Source of the DNA: Squalus acanthias
Lineage: Eukaryota
Assembly (NCBI GenBank): GCA_030390025.1
Contig: CM059438.1
Span: forward strand, 89,900,001 to 89,964,000
DNA length: 64,000 bases
Reading direction: 5' to 3'
Part shown: piece after piece, positions 22,935-37,417 of the stretch
Layout: every line of letters starts with the position of its first letter
Numbering within the stretch: the first letter of the stretch is position 1
Notes under the pieces: model-generated
Databases searched by the model: none
Told to the model about the DNA's origin: nothing
Seen by the model: only the letters and a program-made list of their open reading frames with translations
Position numbers and translations under genes: made by a program

Positions 22935-25360
22935 CTAGACACACACACAGTGTCACAGTAACTATCACTGACTAATTTTGGTAGCTTTTACTTGTGTGGT
23001 AGGAATATTTCATTATGCAGTGACATTACTGCTCGTGATCTCAAGTTCGAATTTTTCTTTAAGTCTAATTTTGAATCATGTGACCGTAACTCCGCACCCC
23101 CCCCCAACCAAAAATAAGTGTATCCAAAGGAATCCGAATCCAAGTACCTCCCCGGTTAATGCCTTCTTGGTTGTTACCAGTGACATTGGATTTGATCGTC
23201 TTCCTATTGAATTCCTCTTCACACGAAAGAACATCAGCAAGGCCAATATTAACCATCTCAACACATCCACCCAGTCATAAGATGCTTTAGTAAAAGCATA
23301 AAAGTGATAAAAACAGGATAAAATGATTAGTGCACCATGTGACTGGGCTTTCAAATAGCTTTGTCAAAGTATATGCATAGCTTTTTGGAAAGGTGGGGGC
23401 GGGGGAGGGGGGGGAAGAAGAGTTAATGCCCCATTCAAGGCTACCCATATCTTCCTTGGTACACACAAGAGGCCGAGTGGTAAGAGATACTGCACCGAGT
23501 CCAACCTAAAACATTGTGCAACACAACCTCCACTTGAAAAGCCCCCTCAATGAGGTGATTGTAAGTGGCCAGGAGCAGCTCACTGCTTCTGCAATGGAAC
23601 TAACTGGGAGATGGTGGAAGACGTCAAGCCAAGCACGCAAGCTGAGAACAGAGTTAACAAGCTAGGGCTGCCCAGCGTGCAGCAGCTCCACTATAGTATT
23701 TAACTAGAAAAAAAGGTGAACCCAGTCTGGTCAGAACAGACGCCATCGCATTCCTTTGTCCAGGAATCCATACCAAAACATAAATTATTCCCATTCAGCA
23801 GTTCAGTTGACATGTACAATATTCATCCAAAGAATAATTTTGTTCGTACCATTTTGTCTCAGACTTTTCATCATCCTTTACTCATCAATTTTGGAAGAAA
23901 GTGAATTGTATGGGTAAATGAAATTGTGTTACTGTGAAATATAATGGGTGCAAATTTTTATGTTTAAAACCTTCTTTGGGCAGTTCCTGAGAAAACTGCT
24001 GATTAAGAGTTGGAATTTTTTGATCAATTTGACTTTCACTTGGCTATCTTCCTCACTTCCATTTACATTAGACTGAAGGTTATACTTCAATTAGACTATC
24101 AATAGCATTATACAGGAATTGTGACAAAAATGTATGCTATCTGTATAGTTTGTATTACATTACTAACAGATCTCCCATGGCAATGTCCATATAGTAAGTC
24201 AGGAGACAAGCTGTTCATACAGTCACAATGTCACTGCTGGTAATACACAAATGTTATACCATGGAATGAATAATGTATTATCACACTGCTACAGTGCCAC
24301 TGTGTAGGCTTTATGCCCTCAGTCTAATATCTAAGTAAACAATGCTTCAGGAACTCAGTCCTTAAAATGAATGCTTGGGCCAGTTACAGGTCAAGTCAAT
24401 GAAATGTCCTTTAAAGGGAACTTGAATTTGTGACGGGAGACTTCCAGTGAGAAGAGGCAAGTTAATTAGTTGTGATTGTAATGAGTCAGGGGCAACTCAC
24501 TATCCTGGAACTTAGGAAGTGGGGGCTGGGGTGGAATTTCCCCCAGAGTTTTCCTGAATTGGCTGCAGATTTTTCTCTCTCTCTCTCTCAGGAGATAGTG
24601 TTGCTAGGTTGGTGAATGGTGTGTGAGGTTGCACGACTGACTGAATGGAGTAGGCCTGGTGGTCTTTTCCTGCCCTTCTCACATGTCATATGTCGACTGC
24701 TGGGTTTCTTTGGCTGACAGGTCAAATTACAATCTTGGACAGTGTGGAACTGGCACGTTCTTGGAAAGAGGAGCTGAATCTGTATTTTGACATTGTTTTG
24801 CATCTGTAAGAAAGAGAGCTGGGTGGAGAGAATATGCAAACCACTATGATTGCAAGAATAATTGTATAAAACATTTAAACTCTCCTACAGCTTTGGAGCT
24901 GTTCAATTGTTCAGTCTGTTTTAACTAGTCTGTGGTCTGCCACAACTGGAGTTGATGTTGGAACCAGCCAATTAGAAGTAGTAAAATACATTTGGGTGAA
25001 TTAGAATAAATTAGGAAATAATTAGAATGAATCTGACTATGGTTAAGACTGGCTGAGATGGATGATACAAGCAAATTTTGCACTTACAGGAACTGTGTGT
25101 AGTGCAACTTAACATGCTGAATGAGTGAATAGAAAGATCTTGCTCAGCCTGTTGAATTTCAATAGCTGTCTGTGCAGCATGTCCTTTTATACACTGAGAA
25201 GGGTGATGAAAAGCCTCCGCTGTACCAGGCCTTTAATGAAGCACTGGAATAAATGGAAACCAAACCTAACACCCAACCAATACTACAGTGTGCTGGTAAA
25301 GGGTCAAAGGGTGATAAGAAAATACAGCTGCTGTTAGATGTAAACAAATCAGACACTCAC

Positions 25361-25440
25361 TTGGATCTTGCTGCCCTTGCTGCTGCCAAGGTTGGTACGT
25401 ACTTCCCCATCCCTGTGTCATAAAGGCTTGTGGAGGACCA
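25361..25440 (-). CDS. FUBP3: FUBP3 exon 15 (80 nt): NGPPQAFMTQGWGSTYQPWQQQGQQDP
   Basis: catag|TGG...CCAA|gtgagt; matches human GPPAFLTQGWGSTYQAWQQ; phase 2->1. Confidence 0.94.
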
Positions 25441-26313
25441 CTATGTTTGAAAAAGGATAAATGAGCACAAACAAATTTAAAACAAGCTGTAGTCCGATAG
25501 AATTATATAATTTCTACATTGGTCCTGGTATCTGCTATCTATTCTTTGAGAGTGATGTGGGGGGTGGGGGGGGTAAACTAGGGTGTCGGTTCCAAAATGA
25601 CACTGCTCAGGAACCGAAAATTAGAATTTGAGATAACCTTCCATGGCAGACCTGGCATTGATACCCGAACCAGGTAGGTCTGCAGCACTCCAGGGACTGC
25701 TGACAAACCAGCAAGTCTGATTCATGACAACGACTTGGAGGGGAAAAGAGAGAAAGAGATAGTAGACGACATTCCTAGTCAAACAAACAGTGGTAAAGTT
25801 ATAGTCATCTGCTCTGGGAAGTGTCGTTGGTTTAGGTTGCTAAACTGTGTACTCTTGGGGTACCTAAGCTGTGGGTCTTGCCAACCTGTGCCTATGCTGT
25901 CTGGACTTAAGTGGAACGTGTCCCTAAGGGCAGAGAGTGTGCACCCAGTATCAGTCAAGGATTTCTCAGTAGTTTAGTTTGGAGACTCAAAATATGGTAA
26001 TGAGCTTCCACATGCATCAGAGAACTGGCTGACCAAAAATCTCAAAACCCTGAAAACATGGTATTAAACACACATTGTTAAAGCCCCGCCCCAAAGAAAT
26101 TAAACAAACCAACGTGTGGGACACGTCAGAAAGAAAGTGCCAAGGGGTACTGGTAAGCTGGCCTGACACATTACAGCTTCCACTCCAAAGCAAACACTCG
26201 TCAGCTCAACAAGGAGTACGAACATTAAGTGAACATCGATTCCACTGAATGAAGCCAAGTGAAAACAATCATCCAAGGATAAAATGCAAATACTGCACAA
26301 TTATGACTCTTAC

Positions 26314-26387
26314 TTTTGATGGTGTCCAGGTGGTCCTTGACTATAAGGGCTTGTGTTAAATCCTCCAGGGCCACCAGGTCCTGGACC
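26314..26387 (-). CDS. FUBP3: FUBP3 exon 14 (74 nt): GPGPGGPGGFNTSPYSQGPPGHHQ
   Basis: ttttag|GGT...CAAAA|gtaaga; phase 0->2; G/P-rich like human GAPGAFGQSPFSQPPAPPHQ. Confidence 0.92.
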
Positions 26388-26424
26388 CTAAAAGTGCACA
26401 AAAAACATTTAAGCTAAGAAAGAG

Positions 26425-26865
26425 AAAGAACGAACTTGAATTTATACAGCACTGTTCACAAGCTCAGGATGTCTGAAGCGCTTTACTAGATGAGGTATTT
26501 TATTTTGAAATGCTGTCACTATTGTAATGTAGGAACAGCAAACAATTTGCACACAGCAAGGTCCCACACATCGCAATGACATTAAATGACCACATAATCG
26601 TTTTAGGTGTTGGTTGAGGGATAAAATGTCGGCCAGGACACCGGGAGAACTCCCCTGCTCTTCTTCGAATAGAGATGAGAGATCTTTATGTCCACCTGAC
26701 AGGGAAGATGCGGTCTTGGTTTAATGTCTCATCCGAAAGACAGCGCTCACTCAGTACTGCACTGAAGTGTCAGCCTAGATTGCGCGCTCAAATCTTGAGT
26801 GGGGTTTGAACACACTCCCTTCTGCATCAGATGTGAGAGTGCTACCATTGAACCAAGGCTGACAG
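26425..26865 (-). mobile_element. Deu-domain SINE, near full length
   Basis: Reverse complement of the 8532 type from tail to tRNA-like head. Confidence 0.85.
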
Positions 26866-27132
26866 CTAAGAACCTGGAGTCCTTCAGATGGATTGCACAA
26901 GCACCATCGTTTCAACAAGACGTTCCACAGAATCTTTCAATTTTAATCCCCTTATTTGCTATACAGTTAGAACTCCCTATGATGCACACACGCGCGATTT
27001 AAAACAGCACTGGCCAGGGTCTGGGATAGTTGTTTTAGATAAAGTTTTGGAACCAAAAGCTAATCTGTAAAACAAAAGGTTGGGGTGAAAGAAATGGGAA
27101 ATTTAGGTGGCAGTGAAAAACTCAAAACTCAC

Positions 27133-27296
27133 CCCATTGATTTTTTCTTCTATTAACTGTCTAGCATGCTCGATCTGTTGTAGAGCTCCACGGATGATGA
27201 ATATTCGGATATTAGGGTCAGAATTTGGTGGTGGGTTTCTCTGTAGTTCTACATGTGCTCCTGTTTGCTGGTTAATGCTTTTGATGGTCTCTCCAC
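27133..27296 (-). CDS. FUBP3: FUBP3 exon 13 (164 nt): [57 protein letters not shown]4
   Basis: cttcag|GTG...GGG|gtgagt; phase 1->0. Confidence 0.96.
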
Positions 27297-27519
27297 CTGA
27301 AGAACAAGATGGAAATGTTAAAGTGCCCTCAGAACAGATTTAACTATATAGAGTTCTTTCCAGAATACAATTAATTGAATTATTATATGCGCTACAGGCA
27401 TCCTCAAACCACTTGACAATGTAGGTAACTGAAGTCACTGGTTCATCAAACATGAACTACCCCATTGACAGATGCAGATGTTGAGGCAGTTTGTGAAAAG
27501 CCTCCATGTGAAGCTTAGT

Positions 27520-27942
27520 TGCAGTAGACTAGGCCTATATTCTCTAGAGTTTAGAAGAATGAGAGGTGATCTCATTGAAACATACAAAATTCTTACAGGG
27601 TTTGACAGGGTAGATGCTGGGAGGATGTTTCCCCTGGCTGGGGAGTCTAGAACCAGGGGTCACAGTCTCAGGATAAGGGGTTGGTCATTTAGGACTGAAA
27701 TGAGGAGAAATTTCTTCACTCAGAGGGTGGCGAATCTTTGGAATTCTCTACCCCAGAGGGCTGTGGAAGCTCAGTCATTGAGTATATTCAAGACAGAGAT
27801 CGATAGATTTTTGAATATTAAGGGAATCAAGGATAGTGCAGGAAAGTGGAGATGAGGTAGAAGATCAGCCATGATCTTATTGAATGGCGGAGCAGGCTCG
27901 AAGGGCCAAATGGCCTACTCCTGCTCCTATTTCTTATGTTAT
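27520..27942 (+). mobile_element. CR1 3' fragment
   Basis: ORF 27472..27855 RLGLYSLEFRRMRGDLIETYKIL...; terminal ttcttatg. Confidence 0.93.
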
Positions 27943-30900
27943 GAAGTGTGCACTGATTCATCTTGAAGGATTTTGGACTTTTCAATATGGACTTTTAATA
28001 CCAGTTTTAAGGAAAACTAAAAGGATGGGCTAGAAACTCTGGATTGCTTGCTACTAGAGTAGAATTTGGTTGAAAGTATTAAAGGATCAAACACAGAATG
28101 GTTAAACTTGACTGTTCAAGACGGCATACTGGAAAGCTCGACCAAGTTTGCAAAGGTATTATTGCTTCAGACTGTTGAAAACTAACTGAAACTTGATGTA
28201 CTTTCGTGGAGATACGGACGAGGTTAAAGATAAGACAGCTGCCGGACTAGATCTTGGAAGACTGTGAGAAACAGTCATATACAATGGCAAACTGCTTTTG
28301 CATCAGCGAGAGAGATATTAAACAGCCATTTTAGCACGTTCGAGACGACAGACCAGAAGCAGAGACCAAGAGGACGCCAACGAAAAATTGACCCCTCACT
28401 CTACCGAAGCAGCAGAATTGATCATGGAGTTGAGTTGTACTACAAAGGTTGTAAGCATCTCTCTCTGCAAAACGCAATTTAGAAACATTTTCAGCTTCAG
28501 TTGATCCATACCTCAGACACCCTAAAAAAGTAAAGAGCCTTTAAAAAAAAAATGCCCTACAATCTAATGTCACACTGTTGCTAAATGTGGTCATTGGCTA
28601 GACAACCAGCCTTGACCTTCAGCCCTGGTAACATGGTCTCAGACCACAAGGCAATTCATAATGCATCACATGCAAACTACAACTCACAAAAACATGAATA
28701 AACCCTGAAACGCCACAAATCTCAACGAGGCAGTGAAGCTTCTACAATGCACTACATCAAACAAACACCGAGGTTCACACCTGCAACTCCAAGTTGGGAG
28801 GTGGAACGGTGAGGAGGGAGGCCACCTGGCTCATTAACGCATCTCCCAGCAACCAAATCAAGCACTGCACAGGCCTAAGAGCAGGCTGCTTGCCATTCCA
28901 CTGGGGAATGGAGAAGGGAATCAGGAAGCACAAAAAGAAGAAAACAACATTGTAAAACTTCCATTGTATAAAGAGAGCAAGCATTAACTGACCAAGGTTT
29001 AAAGGCTCCAACCTCATCCCCCGGGACCTGATCTGCATAAAGCACCTGAACATTGCTTGTACTGTTCTGGTCAGGTCATTTGAACCCTTTGTAGTTCACG
29101 CGCAAGCAACTATGTGGCGTGCAGCGGATGTACCAACTTTAGTTAGCACTTGGGCAAATCAGAATATTTCAAATTTAATGCAGATGAGAAGATTGGCTGT
29201 AGATCAACCTGATGGAGACAGCCATTATATTTGAACAAATACCTTTTCTCTTTGTTTAATAGTCATCAAAAATGCCCAAGTTCTCTAAACTGATCAAAAC
29301 ACAATAGTTGGATGTCCTTTCCAGATACACAGCATTCTGTCAGAAGACACCAATCTGGTAAAAAGCAAGACCAGCTGCTCATACTAATTGTACATATCTC
29401 ATTATGCAGCATCAGGAGTTCAGATGTATTTTTCTTAGTTAATTTGGTGGGGGATTGGGGGGGGGGGGGGGCGCGGCGGGGGCAGAGAGAAAAGACTGCA
29501 ATTGATGGCAAAAACAATTAAGCAAGTTTTAACATTTGACACATGAACAATGTTCTTGTTGGAAATACCGACAACCTAAATTGCTCACTAAACCCACAAG
29601 CAGAAATTAACAGCAATACACCACCACCACCACAAACAACTAGTGGAAAATGCCCAACAGTACAGAACAAATGTGCAGATATAATGGGGAAAAAAATGCG
29701 ATCACATCTTTTGAGAATACTTTTTTTTTAAAAAGACAGCATTAATCACAGGCAATCATTAAAGAAGGATGAGCAGTCAGAACGGCAAATTTGTGCGACC
29801 AGAGCGAGCTATCATGTTAACAATTCCTGTGACAAAAAATCGGGTCAGGACATTTGACTTACAACAGCAATTGCAAGGGCCCAAGCAAAAACCTCATCAA
29901 TGAACAATGGTGCTAACTTTATTAATGCTGTAACCTGTGGGGTTGACAACACCACCACAAAATTCAGAAACATGATACTGCAATATATGTTGAACACTGT
30001 CAGCAGACTAGATCAAGCTGGAGGCACTTAACGATTCAAAGCATAGAATTCAAACAGCCTGCAACTACAGCAAGTTTAAAAAAAAACTCAAAGAAGGGTC
30101 TAATGTGCTGTGTTTAATTTGGAAAAAAATAATTTTTCTCAAGTTTGCTCCATACTGCAAAAAAATAACCCTGCCTTATGGTTAATCTTAAACTTTGTAT
30201 TCAGGAAAACAAAATGCATCCTATAAAATTTAATAGGCTGTAAAAAGCCTGTTAGCAATTACTAAATTGATATTCATGTGCTAAAGAAGTTCATTCACAA
30301 AGATTTCTCTCATAGCACAATTCTTACCCTCCCCCCAAACAGTTACTGTGGAAAGTGCCTTTTTAATTGCATCCTTTTGTAATGTTTGTAGACAGCAGGG
30401 ACAGTACCTGTTAAACATATGGAAGCCAAGGAACTTAAAAAAAAACGATGCTATTCCCCCTACAAAATCAATTAAAGCGTGGCCTTCCTAGATGTAGCCA
30501 ATTTACGCCTTCTCTTCACTGCTTTATTCACCGAACAATCTGAGCTCAAAGCCTTTTCAAACCCGCACGCTGATTAAAATCTAATGTTTATGTCCTAACA
30601 TCAATTACTTGTTGAGTTGTGTGCGCTTGCTCTGACTGCTTCTCTCACTCCGTCCCCCTCCTCCAGTGTGTCCAAAGGGATGCCCTTGGTGGTTAATGCA
30701 CCCACTGGGGGAGGTCACACACAAGACGCTTGGTGGCCAGTCACAGACACGTTCAACAGTCAGTCTATTCTTCCGCCTGACAGGGGTGCAATGTGAAACC
30801 GACTGCAATGGTACTTGATGAAAATTGTAAAGCAATTAATCAAACCACTAAAAAGACAGCAGTGACACTGCCCAGCACTAGAGAATTATCCATCAATTTT

Positions 30901-33900
30901 TTTTTATCATGGTAATATGGCGAAGAGAAGTAACGATTTATCTTCTAGCTCCTGCCTTCACCCAACACAGAAAGCACTTGACGTTTCTATTGCCTCGTCG
31001 CCTTTTCAGAATTCTTTCAGCTGGTCAGAGCCACTGAAAAGGCAATGCCGGACATCAACTTTAGAGACTGGGAGATAGAGTGATCCTGAAAAGACCCATG
31101 AAACATTGGTTATGCAGTCAGATTTCAATTGCACTCCCTCCAAAGAGGGACGGGGGGTGAGGGGAGATTCACACAAGATCATGAACCGAAACCTCAACCA
31201 CCAACAATTAATGTCACATTAGCTTCAGCATATTGTAACTCACGTTAAGCCGTGGATGTGCACAATGAGGCGCTGGGTTTTCAAAGCGTGTGCTTCTTCA
31301 CCCGCCCCTGTTCTCACAACCACAATATAGTCAAATGAACTGGTCTTTTTTAATGTGGGTTTGTGGTTTTGAGGGGGGGGGTGGGGTGAAAAAAGAGAGA
31401 AGAGAACCAATTTTGGGTGATCTCAGTCACGTTTCATCTTAAAAACAGCTCCATTCAGCCATCATTAGTTTAGTTAAAACAGGTCAAGGGTTGTGTCAGA
31501 AATTTAAGCCACTTCATTATTCTCTTCATGAAAATGTAAAGGAGTCCTACGAAGTTTAACTCTCAAAAAAAAAAGGCTTCAAAGATCTCAGACTTTACAA
31601 AGGGAAAATATGCCTTTTAAATTTCTAAAAGCGACTCTTTTCTAACTACTTTGCGTTTTACCCTCTTGCTGTAAATTAAAAAGGCTAAGATTTGAATCAC
31701 TAGTTTCACACATTGGACATAAACGATAAATGCTGAACATTTTAACGAATGTAGTGCATATAACATTAAAACAGTAAGAAAGGTTTGGTTAGGATAGCTT
31801 TAGACATATCGTTAGAACAGTTGAGACTTTAAACCTAGTTAATGAAAAAAAGAATGCAACACGGCACTTATAAAATGTGCCAGTGTAATCTTTGAATGAG
31901 GGGGTCAGTTTTTGCTAATCACCACCTGTGACTTTACTTAGCTTTGTGAGCTACCCATTCAGTATCATATGTGTTATGCATTTGTCCACACCCCTCAAGA
32001 GGTCTCCATTTAATCTTGAATCTGCCCAGAACACTCTTGAAATCCAGTATTGTCACCAGGCTCATTTAGTCTACTGGTAACAGTAAGCTAGAGAAAATCA
32101 TAATTGACCAACATGCTTTGATGTTTGACATTCTTAAAGCATCACCTCAATCTGCTCCCACCACTCCCATTATCAGGTAATTTAGCTTTGCATTATACGG
32201 TACAAAATTCTCTCTCCAAACACTAAAATCAAATCCAGAGTGAGAAAGCGCCATTCAGGCCAACAACCACACTTCTTCCAGGGTCTATGTAATTATTCTA
32301 TCAGGGACTGAACCTCGACAACCAACATCACCTGCTGTTCCTACTTTAAGAAACACCAAGTTCCTCCCAAGAAGAAAAAAAATACAAGCAGTGCTGTTAG
32401 TATCTCTATAATCATCAATTCCACTTCAACAATTATCGATCCAACATTTCTTTTAAGGTGCTGATCGACCCAGAATCAACTACCTCTGCTGGGAGTCTGC
32501 TCCACATACCCATTATGTATTGGGAGGGGGTTCTAATCTTTAAACTTGTGAATGCGGTACTTGGGTCATCTAGTTATTGCTCATTATACAATCCAAGTAA
32601 CTTGCTTCAACGCAAAAATCTGAAAGGACAAAAATTGCATGACTAGACTTTTCTTTTAAAAGTTGTAAAGTAGACAGCACCAAAATTCCACATGCTCTCA
32701 AATGACACTTTATTAAAAAGAAAACTAGTGACCATACTGAACATCCATAGAGTACATTGGAGTACAGGAGGCAGAATGCACAGGAGAAAGTGGATTTCTT
32801 CAGTTACACTTTTGGTGGACAGCAGACTGCAAGAGTGAAGACACAAAATGGTTTGAACTGGAACTTCATTTTCACTGGACCTTTAGCAATTTATGCTTCA
32901 CCATCACAGGCAATAAACATGGAGTAAAGCAAACCGAGAGCAGCCACAGCACAGGGAGCACAAGTGCCACGCCACTCACTTCTAGTATAATGCCGAATTC
33001 AACATGCACTGCCGTCCCGACAGCAGCTCCAACTTTAGTGACAGCACCGCAAGACAAAGGAAGCTGAAACATCACCTCAAGAAACACAAAGGCCGCTTAG
33101 AGGTGAATTTTGTTATAGCCTGATTATGCATTACTGCCCCAGCAGCAATACAAATGCCACCACCGGCAGGGCAAACTCATCTTTCCCGGCCTCCTGCAGG
33201 CTGTTTTTGCTCAGCCTGCTGCACAGACCAGCAGTGGTATTTCCTTTCACTAGCCTGCACCCACCTTTCTAACCACCAGGGTGGCTCCTGTGACCAGAAA
33301 ATAAAAAAGTCTAAAATTGTGCACAAGCAATTTCTGTTGTGTTACCGAATCGGCCCAATTGCCCCATAATACAACCAGAACGGATTCTGCAGCATCAACA
33401 CCCTCAGACTATACTACTGGAAGCGCACATACTGGGGCAGGCCACTGGGAAATTGCAGAAGATCGAGACACAAACTGCAGCGATTCCCCATCATTCTCTG
33501 AAGAATTGTAAGTGATTGTGGGTATTTCACCACCACTGCTCTATCTGGGAGACCATTCTAGTTCATGCTGGTATTCCCTCCCCCCCCCCCATTCCCAGTT
33601 TACAGGCCCTTTTCCAATCACACCTGCATTCTTCCCACCCCCAGTTCAAGCTGATATTGTTGTCCTCCTCCTCCAGTTCACAGATCCAATTCTCTTTCCC
33701 CCCCGCCCCCCCATTTGCTGTCAAACATTCCCAGCTCCTAATAATGCTGCTGCTCTGGATGGAATTCTCGTCTCAAATTCAACCCACAATGTGCAGCAGA
33801 GTTCAATTCCTGGAGCTACATCGGGAAGATGCCAGAAGCCCCAGTAAAAGGGGCAAGTTATGGATTGGAACGGGCCAATTTTCACAGGCCAGCTACACGT

Positions 33901-34999
33901 TTGCAGATTCTGTGGCAAGAACGCAGCCACGATTTTCCAGTGCATGCGCAATGCCTGGTGTACACCAAAATCTGGCATTTCGAAAGGAAGTTAAACCTAG
34001 TCTGTGAACAGAGGGGGGGGTAAACGACGCTTGCTCATTAATCTGGTTCTATTAAAAAGGTACAGGGAACTAGAGCACCACTGACCCAAGACGGCAGATA
34101 GAGGTACGTGGCTGTGAATTCCTACCGTTGAGGTCTCAACGTGAGAGGAATCGATAAGTGCAGGGTGAGGATTTCTCCACCCCAGGAAGAGGGACGGGGG
34201 AAAGAGAAGGCAGAAGAAAGTGGCAGAAAAGTAATTCTCCAGTCCACTGCTTTGTCTCTCCTAGCAAGTTTTCAGAGGCAGTAGGTTGCTCATTTGCACT
34301 TATATCAACAACAGGTGGGGGAGGGAGGAGGAAATCACACAATTGGGGAATGGGTTGGTAAGAATATAGTCTATCATGTTGGCTCTTTCTTTTGTTTAAA
34401 TGTAACTCAGTGACATCGGTCACTATGTGCCCGAGACCTCCATATATTAGCCTTTCTGGTAGAACAAATATTTCCCATTTATTAAAATACGAGCAGTTCA
34501 AAGCATGGAATTAAAAGAAACATCACATGGCAACGGTCTGACCCCAAACATCAACAGATCCTGGCCCGAGTCAATCTGCTCTGTGGGGACAAGAATTCAA
34601 GTGGAGAGAATCTCCGCAGGGTACAGCTAGCAGCTGGCTATCAGAGTTAGCCTGGAAGAACTCCAATATAACCCACCCCATCAAAGCAGTTGGAAATACA
34701 CGACTGTGAAAAGTGTTGACTCAAACGCTTCGGTTTGTAGTGGAAAATGTTTATCCTCCATCACTGTACAAACTGGAATGGAAATGCTGTTGCAGTTCTC
34801 AAGAGGTTAAAACTACCCAGCTGCATAAACAGTTTAACCCTTAGAGGACTGCACAGCATTTCCATTCCATGCACAGTGATGCAGGATAAAATGTTGACAC
34901 TAAAGCAAATGTTCGACTATTAACCTCTTCGCCACCAGTTCTACAGCATGCACGTGCTCTCTGGAGAAATACTCCAAACTAAAAAAGCTGATTTTAGGC

Positions 35000-35640
35000 A
35001 TACGAGAACACACAGGGGAATAGTAAAATGGGAAGGGATACATGAAGAAAAAGATGAGGAAGGCAAGTGGAATAGCCTCAAAGGGATAGTTTTTTTTTTA
35101 AATGCAAAAGAAATTTATCCCTGAAATAGGTCAGGGATAGAATAAAAGAGCAAGACCAGTTTGGTTTACTAACAAAGTTGTGATAGGCATTAGGGATAAA
35201 GACAAGGGGTACAAATGTTATTAATGTTCAGGAAAGGAATGGGACAAGGAAATCGATAAAGACAGGCTGAGGAATGCCAAGAAACTGATGAGGGCTACAA
35301 AGGGATCACAAGGGAAACATAAAGCAGAATAAAGCGTTCAAGTATGTCAGAGGTAAATAAAAGGTGCTGAGAGGGATTGGCCCACTAAAAAATGACAAAT
35401 GGGGAAGTGGTGCCCGAAGATAGAGAAATTGCTGAAGTACTTAACCATTACTTTGCAGCAGTGTGCCCAAAAGAAATTGGGGGTGAAATGCCAGAATTGG
35501 GGTACAATTTAAAGGTGAATGTAGATAGAACATTTTTTAAATCGGAAGGACATATTGGGGAGGTTGTTGAAGCTCATGCTAGACAAGCCTCCTAGCTCCG
35601 ATAACTTTCCTCCCAGGGTTCTGAAAGAATTGTGCTCCAA
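35000..35640 (+). mobile_element. Highly degraded CR1 ORF2 fragment
   Basis: EDREIAEVLNHYFAAV and remnant gacaagcctcctagctccgataactttcctcccagggttctgaaagaa (KxPGPD..PRVLKE). Confidence 0.7.
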
Positions 35641-36215
35641 CGATTGGGCAATATCATGGCGTTCCCAAATACAATAATCTATTAAGCAATTGACGTCTTT
35701 CCTAAAATCTGAAGAGAGCTCACTCAGAAGAAAATAGCTTTTCTCAAAGTGATGGCCCCAAATAAAATGGAGTTACTCCAGGACTAGGCCCATCAGCGAG
35801 ATCACTGGAGCAGCTTGGAGGCAAGGAGACCTGTAATGACAAGCCTCCAGCATGGCAAGAAACTTGAATATATAAATAATATGGACACAGTGCATATTTG
35901 AAAAAAATAAAAATACTTCATACTTTTCTGTAACAGTTACGGTACCAATGGAACAATCCAAGAAACACTACTAATCTTTCCAACCAACATATGCCAAATT
36001 AATGAACAGATGGCAATGCAAAGTTTTAACCACCGCCTACCAAAAATGTGTCCCGTCCCCCTCCCACTCCCAGTAAAAAGCCTCTGCTCTGCCATTTCTA
36101 GTTTTCTTTCGATCGGTCATAACTTTCTATAGTTATATAGTAATTACTGCAGTAATCTGAAGCTGTCAGTTAACCAATAGGTTCATCACAATTATTCACT
36201 GTTAGATCATCATAC

Positions 36216-36360
36216 CTCTTCCAATAACTAAGCCACATTTATCAGCGGGTATTGTATATGTTATCTCCTGCATTCCACCTGGGGGTCCCATATTCCAGTC
36301 ACTACGACCCCTACCCCGTCCTCTTCCGGGACCGCCAAAGCCAGATTGACCATCTCTCTC
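36216..36360 (-). CDS. FUBP3: FUBP3 exon 12 (145 nt): [48 protein letters not shown]
   Basis: ctttcag|GAG...AGAG|gtatga; RG-repeat linker and start of KH4. Confidence 0.96.
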
Positions 36361-37417
36361 CTGAAAGAATGAATATGTATTAATGCAGAGTCAAAATACA
36401 AATACAGTTTTGTTACTATTTACACGGAGACTCTGAATACCTAGCGTCAAAGAGTATTGCGCAGAGATTGATAAAACTGATTCTTTTAAATGTTGGGGTG
36501 GACGATTAGTTTTATGATCCAGGAACTGACTGGTATAGCAACGTTACAAGAATCCACCCAGTTGCAGCACTGTTTTACTTCCAATAGAAGCATTGAGCTG
36601 TGTAAATACACTCCATCTAATGGAATGAAACTAGTATTGCAACACGTCAATTTACTTCATGGGTCCAAAAGATTTCTCCTGATACTTTAAACAGGTCTCA
36701 TTCCTCCATCAAAACTTATACAATAGTTTAATATAGTAATTCAAACTGAAATGGGCAAAGAGAAATGGGACAGAATATCATTCTTCTGCTTTAAACACTA
36801 ACATTGCACCCACAATCAGGATATTTTAAACATGTACTAGTCAGATCTCACGTGGCATTGCACAACGCGGAGTCAAGACCAAGTATCAGGGCGAATCAGG
36901 GTTAGAGGGCAGGGAATAATTCCTGCCGACCTCATTCAGTCCCCATTTTAAAGCTATATATTCTGTCCTTAATTTTATATAATGCTTTGATTTGACATTA
37001 TTCCTTTAATTACAAATTTTAGGGCAATTTGAGAAGCAGAGTTGGTTGCAGCATAGGGATTTCTCTTAAATCTACACTAAAAAGATCAATAACACACCAG
37101 GCCTTGTGTGTTTACAGTAAAGTATCCCTTAAAACCAGGCAGATATGCCAGCAGCAATAGCGAACAAACAAAATATTAAGTATGGAGGCCTTTTGAATTA
37201 GTTTGCCAACACTTAAGGTGTCTAAGGCTCATATATGAAGGATAGTCCCTTGGGTGAAGTGCCCATGGAATCCTATCCCAGCGTGCGCCAGTACCTTCAG
37301 AAGGGAAGAAATCTAGGTGGGGAAGGAAGGGAGAAGAATACGATTGAGGTAAAACTAAACAAAGTGACTATTAAACAAGAATATAGCAATCAATCGATTT
37401 ACTAAACTAAATATTAT

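Noticed and set aside
25441-26313. Exon equivalent to the human TFPPRSSGC...PVS segment
   Set aside because: No matching sequence found; exons 14 and 15 already join in phase.
28070-28480. Possible RTE-clade LINE remnant (QRPRGRQRK)
   Set aside because: Only a short motif resemblance; too degraded to support without a search.
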